DNA of 32,000 nucleotides, taken from the NCBI GenBank assembly GCA_036689225.1, contig CP144768.1, positions 30,001 to 62,000 of the forward strand, read 5' to 3'. The first letter of the stretch is position 1. Each line of letters starts with the position of its first letter. The position numbers and the translations under genes are program-made. The stretch is from Candidatus Saccharimonadota bacterium (GTDB lineage Bacteria > Pseudomonadota > Gammaproteobacteria > Enterobacterales > Enterobacteriaceae). The notes below the pieces were generated by a model. The model had not been told where the DNA came from. It made no database searches and was given only the letters and a program-made list of their open reading frames with translations. Below, in pieces: positions 22,101 to 32,000 of the stretch.

Positions 22101-22721
22101 ATGGCTAAATATTTAGGTCCTAAATTAAAATTGAGTCGTAGAGAAGGGGTTGACTTATTTTTAAAATCTAATTTACGTGATATTGAATCAAAATGTAAAA
22201 TAGATCATTTACCAGGTCAACATTATTATAAAAAAAATAGATTATCTGATTATGGTAATCAATTAAGAGAAAAACAAAAAGTTCGTCGTATATATGGTAT
22301 TTTAGAAAAACAATTTTTAAATTATTATAAAAAATCTGTTAAATTGAAAGGTAATACTAGTGATATTTTATTTTCTTTTTTAGAAAGAAGGTTAGATAAT
22401 GTTGTTTATAGAATGGGTTTTGGTTCAACTCGTGCTGAAGCTCGTCAATTAGTTAATCATAAATGTATTTTAGTAAATAATAAAATTATAAATATTCCTT
22501 CTTTTATGATTTTTTCAAATGATTTAATTAGTGTAAGAAATAAAGCTAAAAATCAAGATCGTATTAAATATTCTTTGGAATTATTTAAACAACGTGAATT
22601 ACCTAATTGAATAGAAGTTGATATAAAAAAAATGGAAGGTTTATTTAAATTTGTTCCTCAAAAAAAATATATTTTTTCTGATATTGAAGAACATCTTATT
22701 TTAGAGTTTTATTCTAAATAA
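22101..22721 (+). CDS. rpsD: 30S ribosomal protein S4
   Basis: ORF 22101..22610 extended through TGA 22608 (ELPNW-IEVD) to TAA 22719-22721. [23 protein letters not shown]...[27 protein letters not shown] matches S4. Confidence 0.96.
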
Positions 22722-22752
22722 AATATATTTAATTTATAAGGTGTAATTAATT

Positions 22753-23751
22753 ATGATTAATGATTTTAAAATTTTAAAACCTAAATTAATTAAAATTAAT
22801 GAAATTTCAAAAAATTGTTCTTTAATAGTTATAGAACCTTTAGAAAGAGGATTTGGATATACATTAGGAAATGTATTAAGACGTATATTATTATCATCTA
22901 TTCCAGGTTATTCAGTTACTGAATTAGAAATTGATGGTGTATTAAATGAATATAGTGTTAAAGAAGGTTTATTAGAAGATATTATAGAAGTAATGTTAAA
23001 TTTAAAAAATTTATCTATAAATTTAGATGATGGTTTATATGAAGCTATATTAACTATTAATAAAAAAGGTATAGGTCCTGTTTTAGCTTCTGATATTATT
23101 TCAAATAATAAATTTAATGTAATTGATCCTAATTATGTTATATGTAATTTAACTTCTTCTAATTCTTCTATTTCTATGAATATTAAAGTTGAATTGGGTA
23201 AAGGTTATGTTTCTTCTTTATCTAAAATAAATCAAATTAAAAAAAATAATAATAATAATTTATTAATTGGTAAATTATTTATTGATGCTTATTATTCTCC
23301 TATAAAATATGTTTCTTATAAAGTTGAAAATATTCGTTTAAAAGATTGTAGTAATTTAGATAAATTAATATTAAATATTAAAACTAATGGTACTATAAGT
23401 TCTGAATTAGCTATTCGTAAATCAGTTAATATTTTAATAGATCAATTAAAAAATTTTATTAATTTAGATAAAAATATTATTAATAATAAAAAAGATAAAA
23501 AAATAAAGTTTAATCCTATTTTATTATTATCTATTAATGATTTAGATTTTACTGTTAGATCATTAAATTGTTTAAAAAATGAATCAATAAAATATATAGG
23601 TGATTTAGTACAAAAAACTGAAATTGAATTATTAAAAACTCCTAATTTAGGTAAAAAATCATTATTTGAAATAAAAAATATATTATTATCTAAAGGATTA
23701 ACATTAGGTATGAAATTAGATAATTGACCTCCTAAAAATTTTAAAAAATAA
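22753..23751 (+). CDS. rpoA: DNA-directed RNA polymerase subunit alpha
   Basis: ORF 22753..23727 extended through TGA 23725 (MKLDNW-PPKNFKK; E. coli MRLENWPP) to TAA 23749-23751. [26 protein letters not shown] and the C-terminal domain ([41 protein letters not shown]) are present. Confidence 0.97.
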
Positions 23752-23767
23752 TAAGGTAAAATATTTT

Positions 23768-24127
23768 ATGCGTCATAAGAAAAAAGGTCGTAAATTAAAT
23801 AGAAATAGTAGTCATAGAAAATTAATGTTTAAAAATATGATGAATTCTTTAATATTTTTTGAATTAATAAAAACTACTTTAGCTAAAGCTAAAGAATTAA
23901 GAATTTTTATAGAAAAAATTATAAATATATCTAAAATACATAATTTACATAATAAAAGAATTTTATTTTCTTATATTAGGAATAAAAAAAATGTTAATAA
24001 ATTATTATATGATATAGGTCCTAGATTTATTAATACTTATGGTGGTTATACTAAAATTTTAAAATGTGGTTTTAGAAATGGAGATAAAGCTCCTTTAGCA
24101 TATATAAAAATTTTAAATAAAAAATAA
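23768..24127 (+). CDS. rplQ: 50S ribosomal protein L17
   Basis: Intact 119-aa ORF. MRHKKKGRKLNRNSSHRKLMFKNMMNSLI..ELIKTTLAKAKELR...GGYTKILKCGFRNGDKAPLAYI matches L17. Confidence 0.95.
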   Translation: MRHKKKGRKLNRNSSHRKLMFKNMMNSLIFFELIKTTLAKAKELRIFIEKIINISKIHNLHNKRILFSYIRNKKNVNKLLYDIGPRFINTYGGYTKILKCGFRNGDKAPLAYIKILNKK

Positions 24128-24292
24128 TTATTTATATTTATATTAATATTTAATTATTTTATTTTTATAATTATTTAAATTTTATAATTTATGTTTTTGT
24201 AAATATAAATTAATATATTATTTTAAAATTTATTTATTTTTAAATTAAATTTAATTTTTATTTATTAATTTTTTATAAAATTAATATAATTT

Positions 24293-25402
24293 ATGATTAG
24301 ACCTATATTTTGTTTTTTAAATATTTATAACTTGAAAAATAATTTATTTTTAATTAATAATTTATCTTTAAATAATAAAGTTTGAATTGTTTTAAAAGGT
24401 AATGCTTATGGTCATGGAATAAAAAATATATATAAATATATTTATAAAAAAGTTGATGGTTTTGCTATTGTTTCTTTAAAAGAAGCTATACTTTTAAGAA
24501 ATTTAGGTTTTAAAAAAGATATATTATTATTAGAAGGTTTTTTTGATTTAGAAGATATAAAATTATGTTTTAAATTAAATTTAACTGTTGTTATACATAG
24601 TAATTGGCAAATAAAATTATTAAATAGTATTATATATAATAATAAAAAGATTAATATTTATTTAAAATTTAATAATGATTTAAATAGATTAGGTTTTTCT
24701 TTAAAAGAAATATATAAAATTTTTAATAAATTAAAATATAATAAATTTATAAAATTTATATCTTTAATTTTTCATTTGGCAAAATCTGGACAAGATGATT
24801 CTAAAAATAATTATTTAGATAATTATTTAAGATTAAAATGTTTAAATTTTAAATATATTTCTATTTTTAGTTCTTCTGGTTTAATATGACATATTAATAA
24901 TATTTATACTGATTGAGTTCGTATAGGTATTTTATTATATGGTGTATCTCCTACTGATAATTTTAATGATATAAAAAAATATGGTTTTAAACCTGTAATG
25001 AATTTTTTTAGTAAAATAATTTGTATTAGAAAAATTTCTTGTGGAAAAGGTATAGGTTATAATCATAGTTTTATTGCTTATAAAAATATGTTAATTGGAA
25101 TTGTAGCTTGTGGTTATGCTGATGGATATCCTAGAAATTTATCTAATAAAAGTTTTGTTTTAATTAATGGTTATATTAAAGCTAAAATTATAGGATTTAT
25201 ATCTATGGATATGATGATAATAGATTTATTAAATAATAAAAATATTAAAATTGGTTCTTATGTTGAATTATGAGGTGAAAATATATATATAAATAATGTT
25301 GCAAAATTGTGTAATACTATTAGTTATGAATTAATGTGTTCTATAAATAGTAAAAGAGTTTCTTTTATATGTAAAAATAAAAAAAATAATAAATATTTTT
25401 AA
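24293..25402 (+). CDS. alr: alanine racemase
   Basis: ATG 24293. Manual code-4 translation joins to ORF 24998..25273 (same frame) across TGA codons. IVLKGNAYGHG (PLP-lysine motif), LLLEGFFD (identical to E. coli Alr), DW-VRIGILLYGVSP, GYADGYPR, SMDM and TISYEL are present. TAA at 25400-25402. Confidence 0.9.
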
Positions 25403-25405
25403 TAT

Positions 25406-26263
25406 ATGATTACTTTTAATAAGTTAATTTTTAAATTATGTAAATATTGATCTAATTTAGGAGGTTGTTTTATTCAACCATTAGATATAGAAGTAGGTGC
25501 TGCTACTTTTCATCCAATTACATTTTTTAATTGTTTTAATAAAAAAAAATTATTTTATTTTTATATTCAATTATGTAGAAGACCTAATGATAGTCGTTGT
25601 GGTAATAGTTATAATAGATTACAACAATATTATCAATTTCAAGTTATAACTAAACCTTCTTTAAAAAATATTCAATATTTATATATAAATTCTTTAAAAT
25701 ATTTAAATATTGATTTAAATTTATATGAATTACGTTTTATAGAAGATAATTGAGAAAATCCAACTTTAGGTGCTTATGGTGTAGGTTGAGAAGTTTGATT
25801 AAATGGTATGGAAATTACTCAATTTACATATTTTCAAAAGATGGGAGGATTTGATTGTATTCCTATACTTTGTGAAATTACTTATGGTTTAGAAAGAATA
25901 TCTTTATATTTACAAAATGTTAATCATATTAATAAATTAATTTGAGATTATAATAATATATTTGGAAAAATAAAATATATTGATATTTTAAATAATGAAA
26001 TAGATAAATATAATTATATTTTTGAAAATTCTAATGTAGAATTTTTATTTTTATGTATGAATAATTATAAATATGAATCTTTAAGATTAATTAATTTAGA
26101 TAAACCATTAATTAAAATTTCATATGAATTTGCAATTAAAATGGTTTATTATTTTAATTTATTAGATGCTAAAAATTATTTTTCTAAAATAGAAAGACAA
26201 AATAATATTTTATATATTAGAAAAATTTTTAATAAAATTGCTAGTTTATATTTAAATTTATAA
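25406..26263 (+). CDS. glyQ: glycine--tRNA ligase alpha subunit
   Basis: ATG 25406, 3 nt after the alr stop. [38 protein letters not shown] and [34 protein letters not shown] are colinear with E. coli GlyQ. It joins ORF 26057..26263 in frame. Confidence 0.95.
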
Positions 26264-26281
26264 TTTATTTTAGGAAATTTA

Positions 26282-28363
26282 ATGTTTAATAAGGGTTTTT
26301 TATTAATAGAAATAGGTTGTGAAGAATTACCAATTAATAAATTAAAATATATTAATGTTAATTTTAAAAAATATTTTAAATATCAATTAAAAAAATATAA
26401 TTTTTTATTTGATAAAATAAAAGTTTTTGTTTCAATAAGAAGAATTTCTTGTTTAGTTAAAAATTTAAGTTTTTATCAAAATTTTAAAAATAAATATAAA
26501 ATAATAAAAGGTCCTAAAATTAAAATTTCTAAAAATTATATATTTGTTAATAAAAATTTGATTAATTGATCTAATAAAATAGGTTTATCTATAAAAAAAA
26601 TAAAATATATAAAAAAAAATAGTATTAAAAATTTTTATTTTAAAAGAAAAAATAAAATTAATAGTATTGAAAAATTAATTTCAATTATATTAAAAAATAC
26701 TTTTTTATATATTTTGAAAAATAATAAAAGTATGAGTTGAGGAAAGGGTAAATATTATTTTTTTAGACCTATTATTAATATAGTTATTATGTTTAATAAA
26801 AAAATTTTTTATACTAAAATTTTTGGTATTATATCTAATAATATAATTTTATGTAATAAATTTATTTATAATAAAAATATTTTTTTAAATGATTCTAAAA
26901 AATATATATATAATTTATTAAATTATTGTAAAGTTATAATAAATTTTAAAGATAGAAAGAAAAAAATAATTAATATTTTATATAAAATATCTTTTAAAAA
27001 AAATATATATTTTATATATAAAATATCATATTTAGATAAAATTGTTTCTATGATAGAATGACCTTTTGGAATTTTATGTAATTTTGATTCTAGTTTTTTA
27101 TTTTTACCTAAAGAATTAATAATATTTGTTATTGAAAAACGTTTTGGTTTTGTTTCATTTAATAAGAAAAAGGAATTAATGAATAAATTTGTAATTATAA
27201 TTGATATGGAAACTAATAATGATAATAAAATAAAATATGGTTATAAAAATGTTATTGAATCAGAATTAAATGAAATTAAATATCTTTTTTTAAAAGATAG
27301 AGAATTATATTTAATTAGTTATTTACATAAATTAAAAAATATTATTTTTCATAAAAAAATTGGTAATTTTTTAGATAAAATTAAAAGAATTTTATTTTTG
27401 TCTAAAAATATTTTAATATATTTAAATAATTTTAATATTAATGAAAATTATTTATATTATATTATATTGTTAATAAAATGTGATTTAGCAACTAATTTAT
27501 GTAAATATTATAATAATTTTAAAGGTATAATAGGTATGTATTATGCATTATTAGAAGGAAAATCTATTAAAACATCTTTAATAATTAAAAATCATTATAA
27601 TATTACAAATAATAATGATATATATAGTTCATTAATATTTTTAATAGATAAAATAGATGATTTAATTGGTATATTTATATTATATAATTTTAAATTATTA
27701 AAATGTAAAAATGATCCTTATGGAATAAGAAAGTTATCTTTTTTAATTATAAAAATTATTTTAAATAAAAAATTTTATATTAATTTTTATAATATATTAA
27801 AATTTTATATATTTTTATTTAAAAATAAATATAATTTAAAAAAATATAATATTTTAATTATTTTATCTTTTTTAAATAAAAGATTTTGAAATTATTTATT
27901 AAAATTAAAATATTCTAAGAAAATAATTTTTTCTTTTTTAAAATGTAATAATAAATTTAATTTTTTAGATATTAAAAATCGTATAGATACTATAATGATA
28001 TATTATAATAATAAAATTTTTAATATATTTATTAATGTATATAAAAGAATTAATAATTTTTTAATAAAAAATAAAAATGATAATTTATTTTTTTTTAATA
28101 TAAATTTTTTAATTGAAAAAGAAGAAATTGTTTTATATAAATATATTTTATTTTTAAAAAAAAAATATAAAGTATTTTTTTTAAATCATAATTATGTTAA
28201 ATTAATGAAATATTTTTTTGTATCTATAAAAAAAATAAATATTTTTTTAAATAATATTAAAATAAATGTTGATAATAATAATTTTAAATTAAATAGATTA
28301 TATTTATTAAATAAATTATGTTGTATATTTAATAAATTTTGTGATTTTAGTTTTTTTTATTAA
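26282..28363 (+). CDS. glyS: glycine--tRNA ligase beta subunit
   Basis: Fragments 26282, 26789, 27179 and 27995 all lie in frame 2 and are joined only at TGA codons (26567, 26738, 27059, 27887). The N-terminus LLIEIGCEELP, SMSW-GKGKYYFFRPI and IEW-PFGIL match GlyS landmarks. The 693-aa length is similar to E. coli (689). Otherwise it is very degenerate. Confidence 0.88.
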
Positions 28364-29462
28364 ATAATATATTTTTTTTAATTATTGCTCCTCCTAAACA
28401 TATATTTTTTTTATAAAATACTACTGATTGTCCTGGAGTAATAGCAAACATTTTTTTTTTAGATAATATTTTTTTTTTTTTTAAATATATTTTACATAAT
28501 ATTTTTTTATATTGTTGATGTCTAATTTTTATATTACAAAAAAGTATTTTTTTTTTATTATTTTTTTTATTTATAAAATGTATATTTTTTATATACATTC
28601 CAATAGAATATAATAATTTATTTTTTATTCCACTTACTACAATTAATTTATTATTTTTTATATTTTTTTTAAATACATAATATGGTATATGTTGTCCTAA
28701 ATTAATATTTAATTTTTTTCTTTGTCCTATTGTATATAAATGTAATCCTTTATGATTACCTAAAATTTTATTTTCTGTATTAATTATTTTTCCTGGTTTA
28801 GATTTTATATATTTTTGTATAAATTTAAAAAAATTTTTTTTTCCTATAAAACATATTCCTGTTGAATCTTTTTTTTTAGAATTTATAAAATTTAAATTTT
28901 TTGCAATTTTTCTTATATTTTTTTTATAATATGTTCCTAATGGAAATATACATTTTTTTATTTTTTTTTGTGTTAAATTATATAAAAAGTAACTTTGATC
29001 TTTTTTTTTATCTATACCTTTTATTAAATAATATATATTTTTTTTTTTTTTTTTAATTATATAATGTCCTGTAGATATAAAATTTGCTTTTAATATTTTT
29101 ATAGAAAATTTAATAAATATTTTAAATTTTATTTTTTTATTACATAATATATCTGGATTTAAAGTTTTATTTTTTTTTTGATTTTTTATAAATTTACTAA
29201 ATACATATTTTCAATATTCAAAAGATAAATTTATTTTATATAATTTTACATTTAATAATTGACATATTTTTTTTGCATCTTGATAATCTTTTTTATATTT
29301 ACATTTTTTTATATTATTATTATTATTATTATTTTCTTCTCAACATTTTATAAATACACATTTTATTTTATAACCTAATTGTTTTAATATTCATACTGTT
29401 ACTGAAGAATCTACTCCTCCTGATAATGCAATTATTACTTTAATTATTTTATATATTTTCAT
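28347..29462 (-). CDS. mnmA: tRNA 2-thiouridine(34) synthase MnmA (TrmU)
   Basis: Fully hand-translated on the minus strand from ATG 29462: [43 protein letters not shown](N)7...EYW-KYVF...NPDILCNKKIKFKIF...STGHYI...KDQSYFLY...KKDSTGICFIGKKNF...LHLYTIGQRKKL. This joins ORF 28347..28598 (…ITPGQSVVFY...CLGGAII). The frame is intact despite A17 and A14 tracts. Confidence 0.92.
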
Positions 29463-30648
29463 ATTTTATATTTTTGAAATATTCAATTATTTTATTTATT
29501 TTTTTGTAAATTTTTAATTTTATATTATCTAATAATATTTTTAAAATATTACTTTTATTTATTTTTTTTAATGATATAATAAAATTTTTTTTGTTTATTT
29601 TATTGTTTATTTTTATATATATATTTCCTAAAATTTGATTTTTTGATATTGGTGCTTTTAAAATATTAAAAAATAGTATTAATATTTTTTTTTTTATTTT
29701 TTTTTTTTTATTATAATTTATATATATATTTTTATTTATTCCTATAGGAATAATATTTTTTTTGCTTAATCATATTTTTTTATGTAATATATTTTTTTTT
29801 TTTTTAAATAATTTTTTAGTTTTAAAATTTTTAAATCCTCATTTTAATATTTTTTTAGCATAATAATTTCTATCTTTTATTGATTTAGCACCTAATATAA
29901 CTAATATTAATCTATTATTTTTTTTTTTTGATGAAATTATTAAATTATATTTTGCTTTATTTGTATGTCCTGTTTTTACTCCATCTATATTTAAATTTTT
30001 ATTTCATAATAATGAATTTCTATTTATTTGTTTAATATTATTAAAAGTAAATTTTTTTTTTTTATATATTTTATATGTTTTTGGAAATTTTTTTATTAAT
30101 AAAATACTTAATTTTGCCATATCATATGATGATGTATATTGTTTTTTATGATCTAAACCATGTGAATTTATAAAATTAGTATTTTTTAAATTCATTTTTT
30201 TTTTATATTTATTCATTAATTTTACAAATTTTTTTTCACTACCAGATAAATATTCTGCTATAGCTACACATGCATCATTTCCTGATTGAATTATCATTCC
30301 TTTATTTAAATCAGATATTTTAACTTTTTCTTTATTTTTTAAAAACATTAGTGAGGATTCTTTAAAAATTGGATTTTTTCAAAAAGAATTATTATTAATT
30401 TTTACTAAATCATTTTTATTAATTTTATTTTTTTTTAAAAAATCTGATAAAATATAACTAGTCATAATTTTAGTTAAACTTGCTGGATATAATTTAAGAT
30501 TATGATTTTTTTTAGCTAATATTTTAGTAGATTTATAATCTACTAAAATATAAGATTTTACATTTATATTTTTAATTGTTTTAGAATATAAATTTTTATT
30601 GTATAAATATAATAAAAATAATAATAATAATATTTTATGTTTTTTCAT
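29449..30648 (-). CDS. dacA: D-alanyl-D-alanine carboxypeptidase (PBP5/6 class, DacA-like) with N-terminal signal peptide
   Basis: Minus ORFs 30379..30648 and 30004..30348 share a frame and were hand-extended to TAA (plus-strand 29449-29451). The SxxK motif is PASLTK, the SxN motif is QSGNDACVA and the KTG motif is DGVKTGHT. The sequence is colinear with E. coli PBP5, including SSLMFLK and FTFNNIKQINRNSLLW. The hydrophobic leader is MKKHKILLLLFLLYLY. It overlaps the mnmA start by 14 nt. Confidence 0.88.
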
Positions 30649-30651
30649 ATT

Positions 30652-31731
30652 TTAATTAAATGTTTCTTTTTTTTTTAATGACATAATAATTCCAAATATA
30701 GATATATTAATTACTAATGATGTTCCTCCATAACTTATTAATGGTAATGGTATTCCTACTATAGGAAATATACCACTTACCATACCTATATTAATTATAA
30801 TATGTATAAAAAAGTTTATTATTAAATTAGATATTAATAATTTACTAAATATATCATTTATATTTATTGAAATTATTATAGTTTTTATTATTAATATTAT
30901 ATATATTAATAATATAATACATATTCCTATAAATCCATGTTCTTCAGCTATTAAAGTAAAAATAAAATCAGTTTTATTTTCTGGTATAAAATTAAATTTT
31001 GATTGTGTTCCTAAAAATATACCTTTTCCATATAATCCTCCAGATCCTATAGCTATTTTAGATTGATTTATTTGATAACCATTATTTAAAATATCTGTAT
31101 TTTTATTAAATAAAGTTATTATTCTATTTTTTTGATATTTATGTAATAAAAATTTTCATGATAATGGTATACTTAAAATTATTAATATTGTAATAAAAAA
31201 AATAATTTTTTTGTTTATTCCACTTAAATATAAACCTATTGCTCCATATATTAATATTAATATAGAAGTTCCTAAATCTGGTTGTAAAAATATTAGTATA
31301 CTTGGTATTAAAGTTATAATTATTATTAATATAATATTTTTTATTTTTTTTATTGGATAATTATTATATAATATTTTTGTTATTAATAATGGTACAGCTA
31401 TTTTGGCTATTTCAGATGGTTGAAATTTTATAATTTTTATATTTATTCATCTTTTAGCTCCATTTATTATATATCCATACAAAAAAACATACAATAAAAG
31501 TATATTACATATTATATATATAATATATGCATTGTTTATATAATCTTGTTTTTTTAATTTTATTAAATATAACATTATTATTAAACTGAATATTATATGA
31601 AAAATTTTTTTATATATTATAATTATATTTTTGTTACTTGCACTGTATAAAATTAATAAACTATATATTAAAATAATAATTATACATGATATTATTATAA
31701 TATCTATTTTTTTTATATATTTTTTATTCAT
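30652..31731 (-). CDS. rodA: SEDS-family peptidoglycan glycosyltransferase RodA (MrdB); single open frame, but about 20 codons appear to be read out of the ancestral frame
   Basis: Hand-translated from ATG 31731 to TAA (plus-strand 30652-30654) using code 4. GAKRW-INIKIIKFQPSEIAKIAVPL, LQPDLGTS, QSKIAIGSGGLYGKG, IPENKTDFIFTLIAEEHGFIG and NIGMVSGIFPIVGIPLPLISYGGTS match RodA. It lies directly downstream of mrdA, as in E. coli. See the finding on 31192-31263. Confidence 0.88.
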
Positions 31732-31735
31732 AAAA

Positions 31736-32000
31736 TTATGTTTTAATTTTATTTAAAATAATAAAATCTGTTATTTTTCTTACTATTTCTCCTATTTTAT
31801 CTCCATTACCTCCATGTTCTAATATAATTGTAATTGCAAATTTAGGATTTTTATATGGTAAAAAAGCATTCATTAATATATGATCTTTAAAAGATTTTTT
31901 TATATTTTTTTGTTTTTCATAATGATTTTTTATTGAATATACTTGTGCTGTTCCTGATTTTACAGCAATTTTATATTTTGTATTTATAAAATTTCAATAT
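31736..32000 (-). CDS. mrdA: penicillin-binding protein 2 (MrdA transpeptidase), C-terminal end only (5' part outside the window)
   Basis: Minus-strand translation gives ...KIAVKSGTAQVYS...KDHILMNAFLPYKNPKFAITIILEHGGNG...FIILNKIKT* with stop TAA (plus-strand 31736-31738). The KSGTAQV sequence is the K(T/S)G motif. DH.L...F.P...P..A......E.GG matches the PBP2 C-terminus. The stop is 4 nt before the rodA ATG. Confidence 0.85.

Noticed and set aside
24128-24292. Rho-independent terminators after rplQ, tuf, glyS and other genes (T-runs are abundant).
   Set aside because: I could find no G/C-containing stem preceding any T-run. T-runs here reflect base composition, so none is called.

Overview
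This window comes from an extremely AT-rich, strongly reduced bacterial genome of the insect-endosymbiont type. It only makes sense if UGA is read as Trp (translation table 4). Every gene that the standard-code ORF track splits is split only at TGA, and its pieces stay in one frame.

Contents in order:
- Plus strand: 3' end of 23S rRNA, 5S rRNA, tRNA-Asp, orn (reading frame disrupted), tRNA-Gly, tsaE, miaA, hflX, rlmB.
- Minus strand: fmt, def, tRNA-Leu(UAA), tRNA-Cys.
- Plus strand: an uninterrupted str-S10-spc-alpha ribosomal super-operon of 31 genes, rpsL to rplQ, including fusA, tuf, secY and rpoA. rpmD is absent.
- Plus strand: alr, glyQ, glyS.
- Minus strand: mnmA, dacA, rodA and the 3' end of mrdA.

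The window is almost entirely coding. Only three spacers exceed 70 nt (1877-1950, 6491-6665, 24128-24292). The rRNA and tRNA genes are the only G+C-rich islands. Gene order and protein sequences look Enterobacterales-like (gammaproteobacterial).

I find no mobile element, CRISPR array, defence locus or unexplained multi-gene system. Every long ORF is either a housekeeping gene or an antisense artefact.

The points worth a second look are:
- the code change and the traces it left at gene junctions;
- two genes (orn, rodA) that each carry a pair of opposite 1-nt indels bracketing a short out-of-frame segment;
- retention of the mrdA-rodA-dacA and alr cell-wall genes;
- E. coli-like microsynteny collapsed by clean deletions;
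- an rRNA-tRNA-mRNA arrangement with spacers too short for promoters;
- many long homopolymer tracts inside genes.
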